A stretch of 38,934 nt of DNA, taken from positions 74,070-113,003 of the IMG/VR virus record IMGVR_UViG_3300046500_000231. One strand, given 5' to 3'. The notes under the pieces are model-generated. The model was not told the origin of the DNA and did not search any database. It was given only the letters and a program-made list of their open reading frames with translations. Positions 1 through 7,202 of the stretch are shown piece by piece. Both the position numbers and the translations under genes were made by a program. This stretch comes from a virus. Lineage: Duplodnaviria; Heunggongvirae; Uroviricota; Caudoviricetes. Each line of letters begins with the position of its first letter. The first letter of the stretch is position 1.

Positions 1-779
1 TCCTCGCCTTCTTCTTCTTCGCCTTCGTCTGACGCGCTGCCCTTGCCCCTACCCTTCGCACCGGCTTTGGCCGCACCGCCCGTCGATTTCTTTTTCTTCT
101 TGGTGGCACCCCCACCACCGCCGGACCCACCGCCCGCACCGAGCGCCTTCAGCACTTCTTCGGCGACTGCGACCGCATCGGCGGTCGAGGCGCAGTTCTC
201 GATCTGCGAGGCGAGGTGTTCGATCTTGGCGAGCTCCTCCTCGACCGCTTCGGCGTAGTCGGGGTGGTTGCTCATGAACTCCTTGAAAATCTGCTGGCCC
301 GCCATCGCGCGGATCGCGGGGACCATGACGGCGGCTTTCACGCCGTTCGCGTCGCCCTTCTTGGCGCACTCCTCGACGTGGCGCTTGGTGTATTTCTCGA
401 GGAAGAAGCGTCCGACCGTGGAGATATTGGCACCGGACCCTGCAAAGCGCTGTGCCATCGCCTTTTCGATGCGGGCATCTTCGATCAGGTTCGCCATGTT
501 GTGCAGCGAGGGGCTGCGGCGACCCGCTTCATTCATCGCCTTGAAGTCGGTGAAGAGGATATGCGCGACTTCGTGGTCGAGAAAGCCCTGGATCGCGTCG
601 ATCAGTTCATCGGTGGCGTTATCCGGGATGAAGGGCAGGTTCACACGCTGCGGCTCGCCATCCGGGCCCGGTTCGACATAAGCCTGCACCCCTTGCTGCG
701 TGACGCGCACGCCCTTACCGGCAAGCATCTGCGTGAGCTTGACGACCGCCTCACGCATCACTGCAACACGTTCATTCAT
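1..779 (-). CDS. CobT-like / VWA-associated protein, N-terminal part (runs off the window start)
   Basis: Missing from the ORF track because it has no stop in the window. My translation from ATG 779: MNERVAVMREAVVKLTQMLAGKGVRVTQQG...FLDHEVAHILFTDF...NLIEDARIEKAM, then a G/K/E-rich linker. HExxH plus the IEDxRIE motif is typical of CobT N-terminal domains. AGGGGT RBS upstream. Confidence 0.75.
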   Translation of the reverse strand, partial: MNERVAVMREAVVKLTQMLAGKGVRVTQQGVQAYVEPGPDGEPQRVNLPFIPDNATDELIDAIQGFLDHEVAHILFTDFKAMNEAGRRSPSLHNMANLIEDARIEKAMAQRFAGSGANISTVGRFFLEKYTKRHVEECAKKGDANGVKAAVMVPAIRAMAGQQIFKEFMSNHPDYAEAVEEELAKIEHLASQIENCASTADAVAVAEEVLKALGAGGGSGGGGGATKKKKKSTGGAAKAGAKGRGKGSASDEGEEEEGE

Positions 780-800
780 CGCATACCCCTTTTGTTAGTG

Positions 801-869
801 TGTCAATACTGACTGAACAAGTGCAATTGTAGAGACGCATTTCAGGGCACGCAACAGTTATTACTGACT
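801..869 (-). promoter_or_regulatory. Leftward sigma70-like promoter for the cobT-like gene, flanked by two imperfect palindromic operators
   Basis: Minus strand TTGCGT (849-854), 17 nt, TACAAT (826-831). TGTCA-ATAC-TGACT at 801-814 and AGTTA-TTAC-TGACT at 856-869, each one mismatch from consensus. Confidence 0.6.
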
Positions 870-880
870 GTTGTTCTGGC

Positions 881-906
881 AAAAAAAACGGCGTCCGAAG
901 ACGCCG
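881..906 (-). terminator. Rho-independent terminator
   Basis: Minus strand CGGCGTC-TTCG-GACGCCG followed by 8 T, just downstream of the 928..1152 gene. Confidence 0.85.
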
Positions 907-927
907 CAAGACTCGCAGGTAAGACTG

Positions 928-1152
928 TTACATGAGCGGGATGAGGGCGGTCGCTCCTGAGTCAGTGCTGATGAGCAAGATGGCTCCCAACGCCGGATGA
1001 ATCATCTTGCTAATCAAGGACGAACCGAGGTCCAGACGCGACACCTGCGACGACTGCTCCAGGTATTCGACGTATTGGTCAGGCTCGATCAGGGCGCCCA
1101 GTTGGGTTGCGGCCGATGCTGCGATGTGTGCTTGCGTGTTACCCGTGTTCAT
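928..1152 (-). CDS. Small hypothetical protein (74 aa), monocistronic, divergent from the XRE gene
   Basis: ORF 928..1212 in the track. ATG 1152 is preferred: it has a GGAG RBS, and the ATG at 1212 lies inside the operator/-10 region. Has its own promoter and terminator. Confidence 0.6.
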   Translation of the reverse strand: MNTGNTQAHIAASAATQLGALIEPDQYVEYLEQSSQVSRLDLGSSLISKMIHPALGAILLISTDSGATALIPLM

Positions 1153-1201
1153 TGAGGGAACTCTCCAGAAACTTTTAAACAGTTTGATGCGTTGCTGAAA
1201 C

Positions 1202-1222
1202 ATTATAGTCATCGCTGACTAT
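1202..1222. promoter_or_regulatory. Perfect palindromic operator AGTCA-TCGC-TGACT overlapping a leftward -10 box
   Basis: ATAGTCATCGCTGACTAT at 1205-1222. Minus-strand TATAAT at 1202-1207. Confidence 0.75.
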
Positions 1223-1309
1223 TGTATGTCGATTAGATGCGTCTTTTTTCATCCACTCGGGATTGCATTCGGTAAAAAAGTGAGTAGAATCCGGCACATA
1301 GGCATTGTC

Positions 1310-1386
1310 AGTCAGCACTGACAACCAGCCCAAATGCGATATCTCCCACCAAGTTCAGTCAGTAGTTATTACTAGCTGACTATAAT
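1310..1386 (+). promoter_or_regulatory. Operator and half-sites plus -10 box upstream of the XRE gene
   Basis: AGTCA-GCAC-TGACA at 1310-1323. Half-sites AGTCA (1357-1361) and TGACT (1377-1381) run into TATAAT (1381-1386). Confidence 0.6.
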
Positions 1387-1436
1387 CGACTCAACAGAAT
1401 ACGCGGGACGTCCCGCACCGATAAGGAGAGAACAAA

Positions 1437-1859
1437 ATGACCACGAAGAAGAAGCCCGAAGCAATGACTGTCGCCGAATACTTCGATGCACAGGTCGCGC
1501 TACGTCAAATGACGCTGGCACAACTGAGCAAGGACATTGGCGGTGTGCTCAAGCCGAACATGCTGTCGATGATTCGCCAGGGGCACTCGAAGCTGCCGTT
1601 GATTCACGTTGGCCGCGTAGCGCGAGCGCTGGGCGTGGACCCGGTGTTCCTGCTGAAGCTGTGCATGAACGAATACCAACCGGAGAACTGGAAGGCGATT
1701 CAAGAAGTTTTCAGCGAACAGCCGATTCTGACGCGCAACGAGATTGCACTGATCAAGGCGATCCGCGACGCGAACCCGAATAACCCGAAGCTGAGCACGA
1801 AGGCCGACGAGCACAAGTTCACGCAAGTCGTCGCGGCGCTGGGCGGCGATAACGAGTGA
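1437..1859 (+). CDS. XRE-family helix-turn-helix regulator, probable phage repressor
   Basis: TLAQLSKDIGGVLKPNMLSMIRQG...RVARALGVDP is a Cro/C1-type HTH. AGGAG RBS and downstream terminator. Confidence 0.85.
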   Translation: MTTKKKPEAMTVAEYFDAQVALRQMTLAQLSKDIGGVLKPNMLSMIRQGHSKLPLIHVGRVARALGVDPVFLLKLCMNEYQPENWKAIQEVFSEQPILTRNEIALIKAIRDANPNNPKLSTKADEHKFTQVVAALGGDNE

Positions 1860-1894
1860 GAAGGCGGTAGTCGGTTTCATAGCAGTTCGGTTGG

Positions 1895-1926
1895 CTTAAA
1901 GAAGCGCCCACGAGGGCGCTTTTTTT
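1895..1926. terminator. Intrinsic terminator, probably bidirectional
   Basis: AAGCGCCC-ACGA-GGGCGCTT at 1902-1921. T-run on the + strand; shorter CTTT tail on the - strand. Confidence 0.85.
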
Positions 1927-1990
1927 ATGGCTGTATTACAGGGGCTTGCGTCGTCGCCTTACTGTGCATTCATACAGTGGCGAGTCAGTG
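1895..1990 (-). ncRNA. Candidate ~95-nt small RNA
   Basis: Minus-strand promoter TTGTCT (2019-2024), 17 nt, TACAAT (1996-2001). 5' hairpin at 1954-1983. Ends at the 1902-1921 hairpin. Only a 4-codon ORF inside. Confidence 0.4.
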
Positions 1991-2069
1991 ATGGAATTGT
2001 ATGAGCCTTGAAGGCGAAAGACAACTGGCAGTTACTTTTTTGTTAAAAAATGTTTGCGAGGTGTTACTT

Positions 2070-2092
2070 AAAAAAGACGGCAAAATTTGCCG
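2070..2092 (-). terminator. Intrinsic terminator of the XRE-PAS gene
   Basis: Minus strand CGGCAAA-T-TTTGCCG followed by TCTTTTTT, directly after the stop at 2094-2096. Confidence 0.7.
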
Positions 2093-2093
2093 G

Positions 2094-2774
2094 TTATTCC
2101 GCCCTTTTGGTCGCTTCGAAGTGCGGACACCTGCTAACGCCTATCAAACGAATCGGTTGACCCCGATCATTGCGGTAAATTTGAAAGACTATCTCCACTT
2201 TGGGACATAATGCGTCCCTTGGTCGCACCAAAAGTGTGGCTCGCTCGGAAGACTCCAACAGGGTGCGATTGTAGAAATCATCAACCAACGGTTTACAATC
2301 ATCAGATAATAAAGCGCGAAAGCTGTCGTGGGACGGGAGGATCTCGGAGGGAGCGTTTAAGTGTCGGCGTGCGGGGTCGTTCCAATAGCACTTCCCTGTT
2401 AGCAGGTCTTCCTCAATGACACCGACGTCCAATAGATTGATAGCGACTGAGAGCCGCTCCTCATTGGCGATGACTTGTTCGACAAACTCTCTGCGGCGCT
2501 GTCCAAAGGTCTCTTGGGATCGTTGTTCTTCTAAGGACCGCAGCGCTGCGTCACCATAGCGTAGCCAAACCCAATTGACGCCAAGATGGTTGGCTACCTT
2601 CTGTAGCACTTCAAAGCCTATGTCCCCACCTTTGAGCCACTTGCCCACAGCTTGGGGAGTCACTGCAATGGCGCGCGCCAGCCCGGCCGCTGTCTCGTGC
2701 CTGTCATCCAAAGACTTTCTTAACCTATCGGGAAAGCCGGAGCCCTTGAAGTGGGCCGGAATTTTAGGTGTCAA
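2094..2774 (-). CDS. One-component regulator: N-terminal XRE HTH plus C-terminal PAS/PAC domain
   Basis: HTH: RLRKSL...TAAGLARAIAVTPQAVGKWLKG...LGVNWVWLRYG. PAS_3-like: NEERLSVAINLLDVGVIEEDLLTGKCYWND. PAC-like end: YRNDRGQPIRLIGV. TTG start with GAGGA RBS. Confidence 0.8.
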   Translation of the reverse strand: MTPKIPAHFKGSGFPDRLRKSLDDRHETAAGLARAIAVTPQAVGKWLKGGDIGFEVLQKVANHLGVNWVWLRYGDAALRSLEEQRSQETFGQRRREFVEQVIANEERLSVAINLLDVGVIEEDLLTGKCYWNDPARRHLNAPSEILPSHDSFRALLSDDCKPLVDDFYNRTLLESSERATLLVRPRDALCPKVEIVFQIYRNDRGQPIRLIGVSRCPHFEATKRAE

Positions 2775-2969
2775 ACTCTGTCCTCTTGATAGTTATTTTC
2801 GAAACGTTGCCAAGCTCTTTTAGGGGTAGTTTGTAACGAATTATATTTGAGGACTGATATCGGTTTAGTTGTAATTGTGCAAAGGTTGCCTTCTTTAGAT
2901 TGATGCACCTATCGTGCAAGTATTGTTGATCCCGAGCATAATGGAAAGCAACCTCGTCATGGACAAAAG

Positions 2970-3021
2970 TTGATACAAAACTTGATAGCTTGATACCAAG
3001 GTATCAACATACCAAGGTATC
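2970..3021. promoter_or_regulatory. Putative par operator / centromere-like repeats
   Basis: TTGATA at 2970, 2982 and 2990. Inverted repeat TTGATACC-AA-GGTATCAA at 2990-3007. ATACCAAGGTATC directly repeated at 2993 and 3009. Lies upstream of parA. Confidence 0.6.
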
Positions 3022-3106
3022 GAACGTGCTGTTCGGCTTGCAATGTTTCTTGTATGAACATCCACTATGGATTACGCTACCGGCAAAACTTCGTATGGAG
3101 AAGGCT

Positions 3107-3778
3107 ATGAAAAAAGCTAGGTCCGTAACTATGGTGGGAACAGAAAAGGGAGGTGTGGGCAAATCTACCTTTACACAAAACTTGGCATCAATCCGGTCGG
3201 GGCAGGGGCGGCGGGTCGCCGTGTTCGATCTGGACGGCCAGAATTCGACGTTCAAGTGGGCTGCCGACCGACGTGAGGCAGGCGGTTTGCCCGAGGTCCA
3301 CGTCAAGCGTATTGCAAAGGGAAAGAAGCTCGACGAGGACGAGTTTGCCGAGGAATTGGGCGAACTGACCGAGGAATATGAGGACGTTTTCATTGACGTC
3401 GGCGGGCAGGACTCGGACGTGTTCCGGTGGGGACTCGCGGTGGCCGATCACGTCGTCGTGCCGCTCATTCCATCGCCCGCGGACCTCAACACCGTGCCCG
3501 ATCTGTTCGATCTGGTCGGCACCTACACCAAGAAAATCCCGATCCAAATCGTGCTCAATCAGGCCGATAAAAGGAAACTGATGACGCAGGCGATGATCGC
3601 TCAGATCGAGCCTTTCGAGCACCGGCTGCCGCGCATGAAGATGCTGGTGGCGGCTCGCGAGAGCTACAAGTTTGCGATGGCGCAGGGCAGGGGAGTGGCG
3701 GAGTTGACTGGCCGGTATTGGGACGCGGCGGCCGCCAACGAGATGAAAGACCTTTATTTGGGAGTGTTCTCGTTATGA
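3107..3778 (+). CDS. parA: ParA partition ATPase (type Ib)
   Basis: Deviant Walker A KGGVGKST, then FDLDGQ, FIDVGG and ADHVVVP. No N-terminal HTH. ATG 3107 has a GGAGAAGG RBS. Confidence 0.93.
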   Translation: MKKARSVTMVGTEKGGVGKSTFTQNLASIRSGQGRRVAVFDLDGQNSTFKWAADRREAGGLPEVHVKRIAKGKKLDEDEFAEELGELTEEYEDVFIDVGGQDSDVFRWGLAVADHVVVPLIPSPADLNTVPDLFDLVGTYTKKIPIQIVLNQADKRKLMTQAMIAQIEPFEHRLPRMKMLVAARESYKFAMAQGRGVAELTGRYWDAAAANEMKDLYLGVFSL

Positions 3779-4128
3779 TCAAATCAGTCATGGGTCCGCC
3801 CCGGCGCAAAAGCGATGAGTTTCGCGAGCAACTGCGGGAGCAGGCCGGCGCCATTGAAGCGTTGCACGAACCAGAGCCCGCAGTCGAACCGGCGGCCGTT
3901 GAGGTGACCGCGCCGGCACGCTCGGGCAAGGGACTCAACCTGCAGGCGATCCGAGCGCAGCAGCCGGCCAAAGAGGTGCCGGTGCAGCAGCCGGTGAGGG
4001 TGCCGCCCTCGCTCAAAGAAGACTTGGATCTGATCTGCTTTGCGCTCAAGAAAACCAAGAACGACTTCATCGTCGAGGCGTTGAAGAAGGAAGTGGCGCG
4101 CGAGAAGAAGCGTCTGGGCTTCGAGTAA
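3775..4128 (+). CDS. ParG-like ribbon-helix-helix partition adaptor
   Basis: ATGA overlap with the parA stop. Flexible N-terminus followed by an RHH-like end (VRVPPSLKEDLDLICFALKKTKNDFIVEALKK). Confidence 0.75.
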   Translation: MIKSVMGPPRRKSDEFREQLREQAGAIEALHEPEPAVEPAAVEVTAPARSGKGLNLQAIRAQQPAKEVPVQQPVRVPPSLKEDLDLICFALKKTKNDFIVEALKKEVAREKKRLGFE

Positions 4129-4172
4129 CCGTCTTCTTGCAGACGCTTTTCGGGTTTTCAGATGCGCCTGGG

Positions 4173-4548
4173 CTATTGGGAGGATTTTCAAGTTGGCACT
4201 TGGGTGGGCCAACCTTATGCACAATCCTCTCGCGCGCGGTTTGTAGACGTTTGTAAACCCGTTTGTATACGCCTCAAACCCTTGCTGGATAAGGCGTTGC
4301 GAGACGCTATTGGGAGAAAAGCCAAGTCAAATGGGAGGATTTCCCAGTCAAATGGGAGGAAAGCCCAGTCGGTATTGGGAGGAAAGCCAAGTCATCGCCG
4401 GTTATGCACATGGAAAATCCTCCCAATAGCAGAACGAGGGACAGACAGACTTGAAAATCCTCCCAGTGACAACGCCAAAATGGGGGTGCAGAATGCCACC
4501 ACTCCCAATGTGACCCGCATCCTGGCAACCTGAAAATCCTCCCAATAG
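4173..4548. repeat. Iteron-type plasmid origin (oriV)
   Basis: TGGGAG(G/A)A-type 17-18-mers at 4177, 4311, 4332, 4353 and 4376 (tandem spacing 21, 21, 23). Three inverted copies at 4412-4429, 4449-4465 and 4528-4548. DnaA boxes TTATGCACA at 4215 and 4402. Three GTTTGTANAC 10-mers at 4239, 4249 and 4261. Confidence 0.85.
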
Positions 4549-4549
4549 C

Positions 4550-5332
4550 ATGAAGCTCAAGCACGCCACCACTGGGCCGAGCCTGGTTGATCGACATGTG
4601 TCCATGCACAATGACCTGCTCGCGGCGTCGCACGGGCTCAAAACGGTCGCCGAGCAGCGGATCGTCAAGTCATGCGCCGCGAAGCTCGACAGCGTGCGCC
4701 TAGACAGTCATAACCGCTACAAGGTGCGTTTGACGGCCCAGGAGTATGCCGACACCTTCGAGATCGACATGTCCACGGCCTACATTCAACTGAAGTCGGG
4801 ATGCGAGTCGCTCGCCGAGCGCTGGATCACGTGGAGCGAGCCGGTGCAGCGCGGTGCGGTTGCCGTGCATAAGGACCGGTGGGTGAGTGGGGCGACGTAT
4901 GTCGAGAAGGCCGGATGGGTCGAATTGCGGTTCTCGCCCGAAGCAACGCCGTATTTGATGGTCTTGCGCGGCAACCACACGACCTACTTACTCAAACAGG
5001 CTTCGGGGCTTCGCTCGATCTACTCGTGGCGACTGCTCGAGCTCCTCATGCAATTCAAAGACACCGGCTGGCGGCAGATGCCGATCCGCGAGTTCCTGCA
5101 CGCGATGGATGCAAAGCCGAGTCATCTCCAGAACTTCAAGGATGCGCGTCGCCAGATCATCGAGGTGGCTGTCGAGGAGCTCCAAAAGAAAGACGGCTGG
5201 CTTATCAACTGGTCGACGATCAAGGAGGGCCGCAAGGTCACGCAAATCCGCTTCGAGTTTTCGCGCAACCCGCAGGGTCAACTGGCGCTCGAGGACACCA
5301 GCCCGCCGGTAGAGGCGGAGCAATGCAACTAA
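4550..5332 (+). CDS. repA: Rep_3-family plasmid replication initiator
   Basis: NDLLAASHGL...EQRIV, WVSGATY...GWVELRFSPEATPYL, LRSIYSWRLLELL and KEGRKVTQIRFEF. Adjacent to iterons. The exact start is uncertain (no SD before 4550). Confidence 0.92.
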   Translation: MKLKHATTGPSLVDRHVSMHNDLLAASHGLKTVAEQRIVKSCAAKLDSVRLDSHNRYKVRLTAQEYADTFEIDMSTAYIQLKSGCESLAERWITWSEPVQRGAVAVHKDRWVSGATYVEKAGWVELRFSPEATPYLMVLRGNHTTYLLKQASGLRSIYSWRLLELLMQFKDTGWRQMPIREFLHAMDAKPSHLQNFKDARRQIIEVAVEELQKKDGWLINWSTIKEGRKVTQIRFEFSRNPQGQLALEDTSPPVEAEQCN

Positions 5333-5356
5333 TGGTCTTCCGCGCACACGCCTTGC

Positions 5357-5391
5357 TTATCCACAGAAAACGTGGATAACCCTGTGGAGCA
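5357..5391. promoter_or_regulatory. DnaA-box cluster downstream of rep
   Basis: TTATCCACA at 5357-5365. Inverted CGTGGATAA (5371-5379) and TGTGGAGCA (5383-5391). Confidence 0.65.
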
Positions 5392-5394
5392 AGC

Positions 5395-5622
5395 ATGCAG
5401 CCTGTCATGAAGGTGGCGCACCGTGAGTGGGAGATTCGCTCCTTTCCCGAGCGTAAGGGCTTTCTCTGGCACGCGTGGGTCGAGGTCGAGCGTGGTCCGT
5501 GGGAAGACGAGGACGACGGCCAGATATTCAACTTCACCGACATTGGCTACTACGACACGGAAGCGGCCGCCGCTCAGCGTGGCGTCGATTGGGCGAAGGC
5601 ATGGCTCGACAGCAACTACTGA
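5395..5622 (+). CDS. Small hypothetical protein
   Basis: Trp/acidic-rich 75-aa ORF. Its stop overlaps the next start (TGATG). Confidence 0.65.
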   Translation: MQPVMKVAHREWEIRSFPERKGFLWHAWVEVERGPWEDEDDGQIFNFTDIGYYDTEAAAAQRGVDWAKAWLDSNY

Positions 5623-5879
5623 TGAGAAAGCCGGGTGCCGTTGCGTTAGGTGATGTGGCCGCCCGCGCGAGCCATCTCGACGTGGCATGTTCGCGCTGTG
5701 AGCGCCGCGGTCACTTTCAACTCGCGCGGCTGGTCGCGCGTTTTGGGCCGGACTTCCCGATGACGGACCTGGGCGACCGGCTGGCGAGCTGTCCGCACCG
5801 CAATGCGGCGGATTTCGGGCAGCGCTGCGACGTCCATTTCCCGGGCCTTGCCAACCTCATGAGCGACGACGAGGCGTGA
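5622..5879 (+). CDS. Small Cys-rich, putative Zn-binding protein
   Basis: From ATG 5622: MRKPGAVALGDV...ACSRCERRG...CPHRN...RCDVHF. Four Cys; coupled to the upstream gene. Confidence 0.7.
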   Translation: MRKPGAVALGDVAARASHLDVACSRCERRGHFQLARLVARFGPDFPMTDLGDRLASCPHRNAADFGQRCDVHFPGLANLMSDDEA

Positions 5880-5884
5880 CGTTG

Positions 5885-6523
5885 CTACATGCGGCCCCAT
5901 CCGAGCGCGGCAGGTCGGCTGTAATGCGGGTTCTTCATTTTGAGCCAGTCGCGTGTGCGGCCGGCGGTGTAGGGCGCATCGAGCCGCTTTGCCATCACAC
6001 CCTCGAGGTCGAGCGTCGCCGCGTGCTGGAACGCGAGTTCCCCATGTTCTTCGACGCCGCCCGTATAGACGATGACCTTCGTGTCCATGAAGCTCTCACG
6101 CAGCATCGCCTTGCGCTCAAGCAGCCGCATGCGTCGCACGTCCTCTCGACCGGAGGCGAGCATATCGAACACGTAGAGCCTGGCTGGCTGTTCACGAGCA
6201 GCAGCGCGCACCCGCAATGGAACCCGAATGCGCGCCCGCTGCTGGAGGAGCTCGAACGACGGCCGCCCATCCGCTTCGTCCACCGTGAGTTCGGCATCCC
6301 ACACGAAACTGCCCGGCACCGCCTCAAGCGCGGCGACGATATCGGGAAACGAGCCGTTCAGCGAGTTGCCGTTGCGGGACACGAGCGCCACCTGATCGCC
6401 ATCCTTGCGCACCAGCGCGCGGTAGCCGTCGTATTTGATTTCGAAGATCCAGCCTTCGCGCGTGAACGGCGCCCGGGCGAGCGTCGCCAGCATCAGATGC
6501 GTATGGTCAATTGGCGGGATCAT
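5885..6523 (-). CDS. Minimal ATP-dependent DNA ligase (LigD/LigC-type adenylation domain only)
   Basis: From ATG 6523: WIFEIKYDGYR (KxDG), DAEL, YVFDML, EGVMAKR and WLKMK. Ends about 15 aa after motif V, with no OB-fold. Confidence 0.85.
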   Translation of the reverse strand: MIPPIDHTHLMLATLARAPFTREGWIFEIKYDGYRALVRKDGDQVALVSRNGNSLNGSFPDIVAALEAVPGSFVWDAELTVDEADGRPSFELLQQRARIRVPLRVRAAAREQPARLYVFDMLASGREDVRRMRLLERKAMLRESFMDTKVIVYTGGVEEHGELAFQHAATLDLEGVMAKRLDAPYTAGRTRDWLKMKNPHYSRPAALGWGRM

Positions 6524-6707
6524 TGACCGCTTCCGGCAGACGAGCACTGACGAAAGCGAGCTTCGCCCAGGCGTTTGTCGGGTCGCAGCCGGAGTAAGCG
6601 CAAAAGTGCTCAAAGTCCTCGAGCACCGTATGACCGCCAGCGTTGCGTTTGAGCACGCGGCCCTCCAGAATGTTCGCAAGCATGGCAGACGGGTCTTTGT
6701 AGCACAT
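6507..6707 (-). CDS. Small hypothetical protein upstream of the minimal ligase
   Basis: ATG 6707 with GGAGG RBS (MCYKDPSAMLANILEGR...). Overlaps the ligase start. Confidence 0.55.
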   Translation of the reverse strand: MCYKDPSAMLANILEGRVLKRNAGGHTVLEDFEHFCAYSGCDPTNAWAKLAFVSARLPEAVNDPAN

Positions 6708-6783
6708 GGCGTCCTCCGCACGGTTACGCTTACTATGAGCAAACTGGATTCCATGCCAGAAAATGCGCCAACCGGGAGGCAGC

Positions 6784-6948
6784 ATGGCAGAGAAATGGAC
6801 CTGCACGCTCTGCGGCTACACAGCCGAGGACATTGAGGAATTCCATGCCGCGCACCATCGGGACGATGGACTCTACATGGAGGAGCCGATCTGTCCGAAC
6901 TGCGGAGCCGAAGATTCGGCAGTTCGTGTCGGCCCGATTCCAGAGTGA
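6784..6948 (+). CDS. Small zinc-ribbon / rubredoxin-like protein
   Basis: MAEKWTCTLCGY...PICPNCGAE has two CxxC pairs. GGGAGG RBS. Confidence 0.7.
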   Translation: MAEKWTCTLCGYTAEDIEEFHAAHHRDDGLYMEEPICPNCGAEDSAVRVGPIPE

Positions 6949-7031
6949 TAATCATTATTATGTCAATCGAGGCATTCGATGACGCGCCGACGTGCCCGCG
7001 CTATCATCGGGAATGATCCAGGGTGACTGAG

Positions 7032-7202
7032 ATGGCCGACGAAGCAGACGCCTACAATGAGTGGCTGATTGCGAAGCTCCAGCGCGCGATGGCAAATCGC
7101 GACGGTCCGCTCACCGAACACGAGGCCGTGTTCGATGAAATTGACGCGATAATCGAAGCCGAGCCAGAAAAGGATGATCGAAATGGGAAATATCTGGACT
7201 GA
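7032..7202 (+). CDS. Antitoxin-like small protein, paralogue of the downstream antitoxin
   Basis: Not in the ORF track (56 aa). My translation: MADEADAYNEWLIAKLQRAMANRDGPLTEHEAVFDEIDAIIEAEPEKDDRNGKYLD. Aligns with AYDKWFREEVQAGIAEADAGLLTPHDQV. Confidence 0.6.
   Translation: MADEADAYNEWLIAKLQRAMANRDGPLTEHEAVFDEIDAIIEAEPEKDDRNGKYLD

Noticed and set aside
43-812. Track ORFs 43..258, 49..369, 216..812 and 268..681
   Set aside because: They overlap the stop-less CobT-like frame on the minus strand, which has recognisable motifs and an RBS.
960-1996. Weak operator-like matches at 960-973 and 1983-1996 (also 18873-18886)
   Set aside because: Two or more mismatches in one half-site, so compatible with chance; not counted.
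2001-2210. 69-aa plus-strand ORF in the gap between the regulators
   Set aside because: No clear RBS; it runs through a terminator and antisense into the XRE-PAS gene.
4311-4393. Regularly spaced repeats as a possible CRISPR array
   Set aside because: The spacers are only 3-5 nt, there are no cas genes, and the repeats sit directly upstream of a Rep_3 gene, so they are iterons.
6524-6955. N-terminal extension of the 356-aa ligase ORF
   Set aside because: The upstream part is non-protein-like and overlaps two better small genes; ligase similarity starts at ATG 6523.
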